From Terriglobia bacterium (GTDB lineage: Bacteria > Acidobacteriota > Terriglobia > JAJPHL01 > JAPKYU01): DNA of 64,000 bases. Location of the stretch: contig CBDBKE010000003.1 in the NCBI GenBank assembly GCA_965206645.1, forward strand, positions 768,001 through 832,000, in the 5' to 3' direction. Below are positions 51,401-61,182 of this stretch, piece by piece. How positions within the stretch are numbered: position 1 is the stretch's first letter; each line of letters begins with the position of its first letter. Below the pieces are notes generated by a model, which was given only the letters and a program-made list of their open reading frames with translations, ran no database searches and was not told the origin of the DNA. The position numbers were made by a program, and so were the translations under genes.

Positions 51401-52609
51401 CTAGGCGGCTTTCTTCTGGGCCTGGTTTTTCAGAACCTCCAGCGCCCGCTTGAGCACAGTATCTTCCGGCGTGGGTTCTCGCCCGGGTTCCCGCTCCTCA
51501 TCCACCCAGGGGCCCTCCTCCAGCAGCGCGTCGGTGACCGCTACGTTGGGGGTGATGCCGAGGCCCTGAATGGCCTTGCCGCCGGGCGTATAGTACTTGG
51601 CCACCGAGAGGATCAAGGCAGCTCCATCGTCCAGCGGGATTACCTGCTGCACCGAGCCCAGCCCGTAGGTTTTTTCCCCGACCACATCTCCGCGCCCGTT
51701 TTCCAGAATCGCCCCGGCCACCACCTCCGCGGCGCCCGCGGTGCCTCGGTTCACAAGGACCACCATGGGGAGCTTCAGAAGGAATTTGGAGGGTTCCGCA
51801 GCAAAGGTCCGACGAGGATACTTCTGGCCTTCCAGGTAGGTGATCACCCCGTGGTCCAGAAACAGGTTGGCCGCAGCGATTCCTTCGCTGATCTCTCCTT
51901 CGGCCGCGCCCCGCAGGTCCAGGACCAAGCGCTGAGCCCCGCTGCTAATGAGCCGGAGCGCGTGGGAAGCAAGCTCGCTGGCTTTCCCCTCGGGGAAGCC
52001 TTCTACCTGGAGATAGCCGATGCCCGGTTTCAGAGTCTTGAAAGTGACCGACGGAAACGTCACTTCCTCACGCTGGAGCGCCAGTTTTTGCGGTTCTCCT
52101 CGGCGGACACGCACTACGGAAAGGTTGACCACCGTGCCCGGTTCCCCGGCGAGGGTCCTTTTAATTTCTTCCAGCGACATTTCCCGAGTGGAAGTACCGT
52201 TCAGCCCTTCAATAATGTCCCCGGACTGGAGCCCGGCCTGCGCGGCCGGCCCGCCGCGGATGACGCTGACAACAGACGCGTAACGGAATTTCTTGGAAAC
52301 AACTAGACCCAGGTTGCCTTTGCTGCTCGCCTCGCGCCTCTGATACTCCAGGTATTCGTTGGGGCTCAAGTAACTGCTGAACGCATCCAGCGATTCCAGC
52401 AAGCCATGCAGGGCTCCCTTGGTTACGTTGTTCAGATCCGGCTCTTCCACATAATCGTTGCGAATTTTTGACAATACCTCGCTGTAAACTGCCAGCTGAC
52501 GGTACGCACCTTCTGAAGGAAGGGTCTTCCCGAGCACTCCTCCAATCACGATCAGCGCCGCCAGTACGGTGCTTGACCACACTACAACCGCTCTGCCTCG
52601 ACGATTCAT
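51401..52609 (-). CDS. S41 carboxyl-terminal processing protease
   Basis: PDZ domain, LVLDLR, LVNRGTAGAAE, GEKTYGLGSVQ, YYTPGG. Confidence 0.9.
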   Translation of the reverse strand: MNRRGRAVVVWSSTVLAALIVIGGVLGKTLPSEGAYRQLAVYSEVLSKIRNDYVEEPDLNNVTKGALHGLLESLDAFSSYLSPNEYLEYQRREASSKGNLGLVVSKKFRYASVVSVIRGGPAAQAGLQSGDIIEGLNGTSTREMSLEEIKRTLAGEPGTVVNLSVVRVRRGEPQKLALQREEVTFPSVTFKTLKPGIGYLQVEGFPEGKASELASHALRLISSGAQRLVLDLRGAAEGEISEGIAAANLFLDHGVITYLEGQKYPRRTFAAEPSKFLLKLPMVVLVNRGTAGAAEVVAGAILENGRGDVVGEKTYGLGSVQQVIPLDDGAALILSVAKYYTPGGKAIQGLGITPNVAVTDALLEEGPWVDEEREPGREPTPEDTVLKRALEVLKNQAQKKAA

Positions 52610-52673
52610 GATGCAGAAACGTCTCCTTTGGATGCGATGGGCAGTCTCCGGAGTTTGCAGTATAACACGCCTG

Positions 52674-53783
52674 CTAGGCGCGGTGAGGATTTCGGCGAGC
52701 AGCTGCATCGCTCAGCGTGAGGCAGGTCTGGGAGATGCGGTCATGCCAGGTAAGCCCGTCTTCGTCAACGGCCGCCCACAAGAACCCAACGCCCAGGCTA
52801 GCTGTGCTGGCCAGCAGGCCCAGGAGTCGCACAAGGCGCAGCTCGCGGTGGGCCGGAAGCCCATCCAGGTCTACCAGCCGAAGACCTATCCAGCGCATGC
52901 CCGGAGTCGCGCCGGAAAAATACAAGAACAGGGCCATGTAGCTGAGCGCCAGAAAGGCCAGGCCGGCCCCAAGGGCAAACAAGGCAATATGCTGCAGCGG
53001 GAATCCTCCACCCAGCAGGGCGTAGACAGCAATAAACAAGGCGTAGCCGCCGACCAACACAGTAGCATCGGCCACCCCGGCCAGTATTCGGGCAACTAGC
53101 GGTGCCACCGGGAAACTGGCCGGTTTCGACGGTGATGGGAGTGATTCGGGAAATCTCAGCGACCCCTGGGATAGAGAAGGAACCGGCGCTCGGGAACGGT
53201 GGATTGGCGGGGCGCCCGGCCTCGAGGAAGCCTCTGATTTGGACCGCCCTTCGGAGGGTGCCCCCTTCGTCGCCAATGGTTCTCTAAACTGCGGGGGTGA
53301 AGTCCGGGTGCCGCCGGATCTGGTCTCAAACGGAATGACCCTGCGCAACTGCTCGGGAAGGAACCGGCGGGCAGGTGAGCCTGCGGTGCCCGACGCGGGT
53401 TCCCGGCTGTCGAAATTTAGCGGGAGGCTTTGCTGGGCCCGGCGACGCTCGCGAAAGCGTTCCAGGCGGTAGGAGACTTCTTCCCGCCACGGGTTTGGAG
53501 TTGCAGCCAACGCGCCCTGGGATGAGCACGAGGCAGTTCCGACGGCTGATGAGCGGGGCGGTGGCGCAGCAGACGCTCCGGCCTGCGCCGGCTCATCCAT
53601 TGGGGCCTCGTTTACACTAACGGGCCGTTGGTTCTCGGCGGCAAACCGCCGGCCACATCGTTCGCAGCGGTATTCACTCTCATCGCTCGGATATCCGCAG
53701 CAGGAACAAAGAATCACTTTGGAAAAATCACTTTCGCTTGTCGCCCTCTGAGCGAGAGAAAAGCTGCAACTTGCGCCTCTCAC
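52674..53783 (-). CDS. RDD-family membrane protein with N-terminal zinc ribbon
   Basis: CSCC..CERC; RILAGVAD, TPGM..GLRLV, WHDRIS; start uncertain. Confidence 0.8.
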   Translation of the reverse strand: MRGASCSFSLAQRATSESDFSKVILCSCCGYPSDESEYRCERCGRRFAAENQRPVSVNEAPMDEPAQAGASAAPPPRSSAVGTASCSSQGALAATPNPWREEVSYRLERFRERRRAQQSLPLNFDSREPASGTAGSPARRFLPEQLRRVIPFETRSGGTRTSPPQFREPLATKGAPSEGRSKSEASSRPGAPPIHRSRAPVPSLSQGSLRFPESLPSPSKPASFPVAPLVARILAGVADATVLVGGYALFIAVYALLGGGFPLQHIALFALGAGLAFLALSYMALFLYFSGATPGMRWIGLRLVDLDGLPAHRELRLVRLLGLLASTASLGVGFLWAAVDEDGLTWHDRISQTCLTLSDAAARRNPHRA

Positions 53784-53812
53784 ATGGGCGATGTTAAGGT
53801 GTTTCTCACGTC

Positions 53813-56308
53813 ATGAGGGCCCAAGGGAGGCCAGGCGAGGCCGCTACGCAATCCCGCCTATGGTGTAGCACAGCGATTGTTGCGTGTCAGTTGCTTTTGG
53901 CCGGAAGTTGGACGGGTGTGCTTGCGCAGTCAACGGTCCCGACCGTGCCCACACGGGCGACGCAGAAGGCTCCCCCGGCACCTCCGGAAGCATTTGCCGC
54001 CCGCCCCGACGGTTACGAGCTGGTGCGCATCACTGCGAACCGGCAGGAAAAATCGGGACATCTGTACCACCTACGGGGAAATGTTGAGATCCGGCTCCGG
54101 GATATGCGGCTGACTGCCGATGAAGTGGACTATGACGAGTCCAGCGGGGACCTCGACGCCCGGGGCAACGTGCGGTTCCAGCGGGAGGCCAACCAGGAAG
54201 ACATTCACGCCAGTACGGCGCGCTACAACCTCACGACGGAACGGGGGGAGTTTCACCAGGTGCGTGGCACCAGCGGCGCACCCCCGACCGGCCCGCAGAC
54301 TCGGGTGCTGACCACCACCAACCCCTACTACTTCGAGGCGCGCCGCGTCGAGAAGGTCGGCGACAACACCTACATCCTCTACGACGGCTTACTGACTTCC
54401 TGCCTGCCGCCCGCCCCCATCTGGAATTTCACCGGCAGTCGGGCCAAGATCCGGCCCGGCGAAGATGTCGTCATCTATAACGGCTTCATCAAGGTGAGGA
54501 ACAAAATTCCGTTCTTTTTCTCTCCCATTTTTTATCATTCCCTGAAGCGCATTCCACGCCGTTCCGGTTTCTTAACGCCGAATATCGGTAACTCCTCGCG
54601 CAAAGGCAAAGTAGTGGGTGAATCATTCTACTGGGCCATCAACCGGAGCGCCGACGCGGAGTTGGGTGCGGAATATTACAGTAAGCGCGGCTGGGCGCAA
54701 CGGGGCACTTTGCGGATGCGGCTCCATGCGGGCACCAACCTCACCGCCAGCTATTTCGGGGTCGTGGACCGCGGGCTGAAGTTGCCTGATGGGAGTCGTC
54801 TTCAGCAGGGCGGCCGCACGCTCCTGGTCACCGGCACCAGCGAGTTGCCGCGCGGATTCCGGGCGGTGGCCGATTTCAATTACCTCAGCTCATTCCAGTT
54901 CCGGCAGGCCTTCACGGAAGCCTACCTGGATGCGGTCAATACCGATGTGCACAGTACCGCATTCATTTCCAATAATTTCGGGGGGTTCAGTTTCAATGCC
55001 CGATCGTTTCGGTTCCAGAATTTCCAGAGTTTCACGGGGCGTCAGCCCGGAGACCGTATGGAAATTCGAAGCCTGCCCGGGGTGGAATTCAACAGCCGAG
55101 AGCAACCACTGTTCGGGCCGAAATCACGAGGGCGTCGCTGGCCGCTTTATTTTTCCTTTGACGCGGCAGCCGAAGCTCTCAGCCGGGTCGAGCCGCGCTC
55201 GGAGAGTGCAGATAGCAGGATTACGACAAGCGCGGTGAGCCGCTTCGATTTTTACCCGCGGATTTCCGCTCCGCTCAACTGGAAAGGGTTCCACCTGCTG
55301 GCCTCTTACGGCGTTCGGGCAACCCACTACGGCGCCCGCCTGCGCCAGGGCCAGGTGTCGCACGAGGATTTTCAACGCACCACCCAGGAGCTCGACTTGG
55401 ACCTGCGCCCTCCTTCGCTCCAGCGGGTGTTCGCTTCGCCCTGGAGCTTCTTGGGGGAGCGGATCAAGCACGTCGTGGAGCCGCAGGTCCGCTTCCGCCT
55501 GGTGGAGGGCGTCAACCAGTTCAACGATATCCTCCGCTTTGATGAGCGCGATCTCGTTGTCGACACGCGCGAGATGGAGTACGGCCTGACCCACCGCCTA
55601 TTCAGCAAGCGCTCCGACGGGCGAGTGCGAGAGGTGTTCGCCTGGGAGCTGAAGCAGCGCTATTTCTTCGACCCCACTTTTGGCGGCGCCCTGGTTCCCG
55701 GCAAGCGCAACGTGTTCAGATCCACGCTGGACTTGACCGGTTACGCCTTCCTGGACGGCCGTCGCCGTTTCTCTCCCATTACTTCACTGGTGCGGTTCAT
55801 GCCGGCATGGAATTTCGGTACGGAACTGCGTACCGACTTTGATCCCCACCGGGGCCGCTTCGTAAATACGGGCGTCACCGTGAACCTGCGCAAGGGGAAC
55901 GCTTTCGCTTCCCTCAGTGACTTCTTCGTGAATAGCACCCCCGAATTACGAGGCTGCCCTGGCGCAACAGGCCAACTGGATCTTGGCTCTGGACCGCCAA
56001 CTGGTGATGACTGCCCTGAGTCACTGCTGATGTCTTCCAACCAGCTCCGGGGAATGCTCGGCTACGGCTTTCCCAACCGGCGCGGCTTCAACGTGGGCGG
56101 CACCTTCGTCTATGACCTGCGACAGGAGCTGATGCCGTATTTCAGCGTGCAGGCCAACTATAATTTCGACTGCTGCGGCCTCAGCTTCGAATTCCGGCGC
56201 TTCCAGTTCGGGCAGACGGTGCGTGATGAACGGCAGTTCCGGGTGGCGATCACCTTTGCCAACATTGGCAGCTTCGGCAACTTGAAGAAGCGGGAACGGA
56301 TGTTTTAG
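53813..56308 (+). CDS. lptD: LPS-assembly protein LptD
   Basis: OstA-like N-terminus (LRGNVEI..LTADEV), TSC, RRSGFLTP, beta-barrel, C-terminal YNFDCCG. Confidence 0.88.
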   Translation: MRAQGRPGEAATQSRLWCSTAIVACQLLLAGSWTGVLAQSTVPTVPTRATQKAPPAPPEAFAARPDGYELVRITANRQEKSGHLYHLRGNVEIRLRDMRLTADEVDYDESSGDLDARGNVRFQREANQEDIHASTARYNLTTERGEFHQVRGTSGAPPTGPQTRVLTTTNPYYFEARRVEKVGDNTYILYDGLLTSCLPPAPIWNFTGSRAKIRPGEDVVIYNGFIKVRNKIPFFFSPIFYHSLKRIPRRSGFLTPNIGNSSRKGKVVGESFYWAINRSADAELGAEYYSKRGWAQRGTLRMRLHAGTNLTASYFGVVDRGLKLPDGSRLQQGGRTLLVTGTSELPRGFRAVADFNYLSSFQFRQAFTEAYLDAVNTDVHSTAFISNNFGGFSFNARSFRFQNFQSFTGRQPGDRMEIRSLPGVEFNSREQPLFGPKSRGRRWPLYFSFDAAAEALSRVEPRSESADSRITTSAVSRFDFYPRISAPLNWKGFHLLASYGVRATHYGARLRQGQVSHEDFQRTTQELDLDLRPPSLQRVFASPWSFLGERIKHVVEPQVRFRLVEGVNQFNDILRFDERDLVVDTREMEYGLTHRLFSKRSDGRVREVFAWELKQRYFFDPTFGGALVPGKRNVFRSTLDLTGYAFLDGRRRFSPITSLVRFMPAWNFGTELRTDFDPHRGRFVNTGVTVNLRKGNAFASLSDFFVNSTPELRGCPGATGQLDLGSGPPTGDDCPESLLMSSNQLRGMLGYGFPNRRGFNVGGTFVYDLRQELMPYFSVQANYNFDCCGLSFEFRRFQFGQTVRDERQFRVAITFANIGSFGNLKKRERMF

Positions 56309-56549
56309 ACCGGCACCCGGCAGCATACACCCACAGCCCCCGCATTGCTTGGGTGCTTGAAGGAATCCCGAGCCCATTGCTTGCGCTTCAACACACCTGC
56401 AACACTAGCCTTCCGCGCACGCGCGAGGAAGATGCCCCGTGCTACACTCGTCCGGTTCCATCTGGCCCCCTAGGCTCTCATCATGTCGTCCCCGGCGGGA
56501 TTGCTTCCCTGCACCTTTGGTTGTTCACACTGAAGTGTTCCCCGCGAGC

Positions 56550-58181
56550 ATGGCGGATTTGATCACATCGTTATCCCAGCAACCGGACACGGGGCCCGAG
56601 TTGCGGGAGCGGGTCCGTCTGTTGCGCGACGGTGTCGTGAATAACCTGGGCTTCGTCGTCTCTGGGGTTGTCGGCCTGATCCTGATCCCCATGCTACTTG
56701 GGAGCTTGGGAGCAGAGTTGTACGGCTTGTGGATTGCGGCGCAGGCTGTGGCCGGCCTCGCGGCGATCTTCGATCCCGGCCTAAACTGGAGCGTAACCCG
56801 CGAGGTGGGGGCGGTCGGCAGCGGGGAAGTCCCCGAGGAAACGGCGCGGTTTGTACGAACTTCGGCGACCGCTTATTTGCTGATCGGAGCCCTCGGCGCC
56901 CTGGTGGTCGGCTGCCTTGGTCTGGTGATGCGCGATCGACTCCACCTCTCGCCGGAGAGCCAGAAGATTGCGCTGGCGGTTTTCGCCCTGACCGGCCTGA
57001 GCTTCTTGTTCACTCAGTTAGTTGTTTTTGCTCAGTCCGTGCTGGGCGGCCTACGCCGATTCGATGCCATCAACCTGATTCAGGTCAGCTCTGACTTGTT
57101 ACGTGCGGCAGGGATCATCGCGCTGCTCCGATGGGGCCAGGGTCTGGTTTGGGTGGTGGGGTGGCAGGTTCTCGTGGGTTCGGTGACCGCGCTGGCAGCG
57201 CTGGCGATGATCGGCCGTCTTCACCCCGGGCTCCAGATTCGCCCGACTCGCCTCCACTGGCCAGTGCTGCGCGCCCATCTGCCCTTCAGTCTCACCAGCC
57301 AGCTCACCACCGGCGCCCAGTGGGTCCTCTGGGATGCTGCGCCGGTGTTGATCGGACTGGTTCGGGGCTCTGCCTGGATCGTTCCCTATCACGTCGGGCT
57401 GAAGTTTCCCGCAACCGTAACGGGAATCACCTGGCGGGTGGCGGAAGTTTTCTTTCCCCCAGCCAGCGAACAGTCCCGGAAACAGGGCTTGACCGGCACC
57501 TGGAATCTCATCCACACCGGGACCCGCTGGACCGTCGTTCTGGCGCTTCCCCTTTGTCTGACTCTGGCGATTTTAGCTCCTAACCTGTTGCGGGCCTGGC
57601 TGGGGGAGGTGCCTCCGGGTGCAAGCTTGATCCTGCGCGTCAGCAGCGCGGCGGTTCTCGCCGGCGCGGTGGGGGTGAGCGCCCTGCAAGTCCTGTGGGG
57701 TCGGGGTGCGGTGCGAATCATTCTGGCCGTGGCGGGCAAGGCCGCCGCGATCAACCTGGCTTTGAGTCTGGTTCTATTAATTCGCATCGGCGTGGCCGGA
57801 CCTGCCTGGGCATTTCTTGTTTCGATGGTCTTCAGTTCCGCTGCTTTGCTGCGCGCGGCCTCGCGCCTTTGTGCGGTTGCTCCAGGAAAACTGCTGCTGG
57901 ACGTTGCCCAGGGACTTCCGCTCCCGGTGATGATGTGCGTGGCGATGGCTTCGACTATGATTTACCTAACGCCGGGTGGCCAGTGGCCCGGCGTGATTTT
58001 GGCTGCAGCTGCCGCAGGGTGCGCCTATGCGCTTACCCTCTACCGTTTTGGAGCACGGGAGGAAGAACGGCTGCTGGTTCGCGAAGTCGTGGGTGTGCCG
58101 GCCATCCTGAGCCGTTCGGCATTGCACGGATTTCGAGGTCGCCTGTCCGCCGTCGTGGCGTTTCTCCGTAAACGTCTATGA
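56550..58181 (+). CDS. Wzx-like oligosaccharide flippase
   Basis: About 14 hydrophobic segments; LGAELYGLW, DPGL..SVTR. Confidence 0.82.
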   Translation: MADLITSLSQQPDTGPELRERVRLLRDGVVNNLGFVVSGVVGLILIPMLLGSLGAELYGLWIAAQAVAGLAAIFDPGLNWSVTREVGAVGSGEVPEETARFVRTSATAYLLIGALGALVVGCLGLVMRDRLHLSPESQKIALAVFALTGLSFLFTQLVVFAQSVLGGLRRFDAINLIQVSSDLLRAAGIIALLRWGQGLVWVVGWQVLVGSVTALAALAMIGRLHPGLQIRPTRLHWPVLRAHLPFSLTSQLTTGAQWVLWDAAPVLIGLVRGSAWIVPYHVGLKFPATVTGITWRVAEVFFPPASEQSRKQGLTGTWNLIHTGTRWTVVLALPLCLTLAILAPNLLRAWLGEVPPGASLILRVSSAAVLAGAVGVSALQVLWGRGAVRIILAVAGKAAAINLALSLVLLIRIGVAGPAWAFLVSMVFSSAALLRAASRLCAVAPGKLLLDVAQGLPLPVMMCVAMASTMIYLTPGGQWPGVILAAAAAGCAYALTLYRFGAREEERLLVREVVGVPAILSRSALHGFRGRLSAVVAFLRKRL

Positions 58182-58879
58182 AACGACTGCTGCGCCGCAT
58201 CCCGGGTCTGGTATCGGCCTGCCGGCAGGCACGGGTCCTGGGTTGGGTTCTGCAGGACTGGTGCTGGTCCGACGCTGAGAAGATGGCAACCCGTTCCCAT
58301 CTCGAGCTTGAATGGGATTTTGAGACGCCTGAAGAGCGCCAGCGATACGAGCGTGTCCTGGGGGCTGTCACCGAGCACCGCGGGCGCGGTCCTTGGGGCA
58401 ATGGGCTCGAAGCGGCGTGTGCCGAAGGGTTGTTTACCCTGGAGCTGGCAAGACGGTGCAGTGGAGTCACGGCGTACGATATCTCGCCGGTGGCGTGCGC
58501 GCGGGCCGCCGAGCGCTGCAAGGAATTTCCCAGCGTGCGCATTTCGCAATTGGATATTCGGCACGACCCAATTGTGGGGAGCTATGACCTGGTGTTTCTG
58601 ATGGCGGCGCTCAGTTTCGTCCACGGCCGCCGCCGGCTCGGCCGGGTCACCCAAAAGCTGGCCGATGCGTTGCGGCCCGGCGGCCTGCTGGTGTTTAACG
58701 AGATGCGTTTGCTGCCAGAGGTCGAGCGGGCGGCCTGGACAAAGTGGCTTGCCGAGGGCGCTTTGCAGAATGTGGCGTTTATGGACGGACGCCACGGTTT
58801 GCGGTTGATTTATAAGCGGCTGTATGAAGAGCTGTATCCGGGTTATGTCGTGGCTCTCTTTGAGAAGACCAGGCCGTAG
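58178..58879 (+). CDS. NodS-like SAM-dependent methyltransferase
   Basis: LEAACAEGLFT..LA.RC, DISPVACARA, LRPGGLLV. Confidence 0.75.
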   Translation: MKRLLRRIPGLVSACRQARVLGWVLQDWCWSDAEKMATRSHLELEWDFETPEERQRYERVLGAVTEHRGRGPWGNGLEAACAEGLFTLELARRCSGVTAYDISPVACARAAERCKEFPSVRISQLDIRHDPIVGSYDLVFLMAALSFVHGRRRLGRVTQKLADALRPGGLLVFNEMRLLPEVERAAWTKWLAEGALQNVAFMDGRHGLRLIYKRLYEELYPGYVVALFEKTRP

Positions 58880-58918
58880 GCGTCTGCGTTGACCGCCCCG
58901 AGTACCACCTGTATCATC

Positions 58919-58954
58919 GACGCCGTACATACTTTGGACGCCGTACATACTTTG
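58919..58954 (+). repeat. 18-bp perfect tandem duplication
   Basis: GACGCCGTACATACTTTG x2. Confidence 0.9.
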
Positions 58955-58991
58955 GAAATTCCCGTGGCTTCCAGGTCCGCACGGAGGTAGA

Positions 58992-59765
58992 TTGCAGACT
59001 CGAGAATTCGTGGAACGGCAGCGACCCCAGGTGTCTCCTAATCCCTATGTCGACGTTCAGGTGGACCGGCTGTATCGCGGCAGGCCGGTCGTCAAAGCCC
59101 TCCTGCGGAAGGTGCGGCGAAAGCTGCTAGGCCCCAGCAAAGGAATTGCGCCGGCGGTGATTTACAACGGGTTGGTCGTGCTCGATCGGCCGGATCTGTA
59201 CGGCGAAGGAATCTTCTACGAGCCAGATTTCTGGCGGACCCTATTGTTGCTCGACCTGAAACCTTGCGAACGGGTCTTCGAGTTCTGCGCCGGGCCGGGA
59301 TACATTGGGTATTCCCTGCTGGCCCACGGTTTCTGCCAAGAGCTCACTCTGGCCGACGTCAATCCCGCTGCCGTGGAAGTTGCCCGCCAAACCGCCAGGT
59401 TCAATGGGGTCGAGCATTTAGTCAATATCTATCTTTCGGATGGGTTGAAGCAAATTCCCGAAAACGAGAAATGGGACCTGGTGCTTGGAAATCCTCCGCA
59501 CCTGCCCGCCGAGACCCCGGAGGCAGTCGCCGATCGGATCAATTATGATCCGGCCTGGGCGCTTCACAGGGAATTCTATTCCTCCGTCAAGCAGTTTATG
59601 AAACCCGGTGGTCGAGTGCTTCTGATGGAAGAGATCCCGGCTTCCAACGTGGATTTGTTCGAGCCGATGATCCGAGCGGGCGGCGGCCGGGTGGTGACCA
59701 CAAGATTCCGGACCGATTTTCGCGGCAATCCATTTGGTGAATATTATCTGCTGAGCGCATGGTGA
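58992..59765 (+). CDS. Class I methyltransferase (HemK/MTS-like)
   Basis: FEFCAGPGYIG, ADVNP, DLVLGNPPH. Confidence 0.8.
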   Translation: MQTREFVERQRPQVSPNPYVDVQVDRLYRGRPVVKALLRKVRRKLLGPSKGIAPAVIYNGLVVLDRPDLYGEGIFYEPDFWRTLLLLDLKPCERVFEFCAGPGYIGYSLLAHGFCQELTLADVNPAAVEVARQTARFNGVEHLVNIYLSDGLKQIPENEKWDLVLGNPPHLPAETPEAVADRINYDPAWALHREFYSSVKQFMKPGGRVLLMEEIPASNVDLFEPMIRAGGGRVVTTRFRTDFRGNPFGEYYLLSAW

Positions 59766-61069
59766 GTAGTCAGGGACAGCCTCCGCCAAAGGACAATACT
59801 CCACACGAAGAATTTTTCACGGCCGGCAGTATTGAGACAGTCCCGCTTCCTGCCAGCTCAGGCGTGGGCAAGGCGCCAGAGGATTTGCTCGTCAAGAGAA
59901 TTCAAATCTGGAACGAGGTCCAGTCTATTCGTCCCGCCTGGGAGCAGTTGGTGTCGGAAAGTCAAGCCAAGACCATTTTCCTGAGCTGGGAATGGCTCCG
60001 TTCCTGGTGGGCTGCCTATGGCCGCTCGCTGGAGTTATATTTTCTTGGATGCTTCGACTGCGCTGGGCGGCTGGTCGGCATTGCGCCGCTGTACCGAACC
60101 CGCTGGCCGCTCCGGCTCCCGGTTCAGGTTTGGATGCTTCGCCTGCTGGGAGACGGCAGCGGGGACTCAGAGGGCCTGGACTGGATTGTCCACAAGAGCT
60201 ATGAAGTGGCCGCCGTGCGCGCCTGGCTCGACTGGCTGGACCGGCGTCGGTCGGAGTGGGATATCCTCGAGCTGAACACCCTACCGGCCGAATCCCCAGT
60301 CGCCCAGATTTTACAAGAGGAATTCCGCCAGCGTGGCTGGCGCTACTGGCAGCGAGCGAACCCGCATTTGGTTCTGGTTTTGCCGGACTCATGGGAGAGC
60401 TATTTGGGATCTCTGTCGAAGAAGAGACGGTACTCGGTATTAAGTTCGATCCGAGGGATTGAAAAGCAATTTCGGGTTTGCCTTGAGCGGTGTAAAACAC
60501 AAACAGAGCTGCCTCGATTCCTGGATCGTCTATTTGATCTACACTCGAAGCGCTGCAAGGCCAAGGGTGAGCAAGGCGCTTTTCAGTGGCCGCCAAGACG
60601 CAGTTTTTTTGCGGAAATGGCCAGCCAATTTCTGGCCCGCGGGTGGCTCGATTTTTGGCTCCTGAGCTTGAACGAACAGGTAGTGGCTGCAGAATTTGGA
60701 TTCTGCTACAACAACGTCTACTCTTACCTGCAAGGCGGCTTTGACCCTGCGTACTCTGCCTACCGGGTGGGTATTGCGTCGCAGGCATTGATATTACAAG
60801 AACTGATCCGCCGTGGTGTTCGTTGCTACGATTTTCTGAGTGGTGGGGAGCTCTACAAGACCCAGTTGGGCGCGCAACGGCGCGTCTATTACCACCTGCG
60901 CTGTGCGAGGCCCCACACCCGCGGGGCCTTTTATGCAACGCTAGCCGTGGTTCTGGAAGCAGGCAAGCGTTGGGCCCGGGTGTGGTTGCCGAAGCCCTTC
61001 TGGAGGTCTCTGCACTGGATTTATCTGCGGCTACGGCCACCGTCCTCGCTGGACGAAATCGCAGAATAG
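59759..61069 (+). CDS. GNAT acetyltransferase (CelD/BcsL-like)
   Basis: FLSWEWL..WW, LVGIAPL, SWESYL..LSKKRR, YDFLSGGELYK. Confidence 0.85.
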   Translation: MVSSQGQPPPKDNTPHEEFFTAGSIETVPLPASSGVGKAPEDLLVKRIQIWNEVQSIRPAWEQLVSESQAKTIFLSWEWLRSWWAAYGRSLELYFLGCFDCAGRLVGIAPLYRTRWPLRLPVQVWMLRLLGDGSGDSEGLDWIVHKSYEVAAVRAWLDWLDRRRSEWDILELNTLPAESPVAQILQEEFRQRGWRYWQRANPHLVLVLPDSWESYLGSLSKKRRYSVLSSIRGIEKQFRVCLERCKTQTELPRFLDRLFDLHSKRCKAKGEQGAFQWPPRRSFFAEMASQFLARGWLDFWLLSLNEQVVAAEFGFCYNNVYSYLQGGFDPAYSAYRVGIASQALILQELIRRGVRCYDFLSGGELYKTQLGAQRRVYYHLRCARPHTRGAFYATLAVVLEAGKRWARVWLPKPFWRSLHWIYLRLRPPSSLDEIAE

Positions 61070-61182
61070 CCGAAGCTTCGAGGCGCGGGGCCTGGGGGCC
61101 CGTGTACTAGAGCCGCTCGCCGGAGCCGACGACTTCTTCGATGGAGTTTGCTCTCCTGTTTGCTGTCCGGCAAGCCGTTCAG

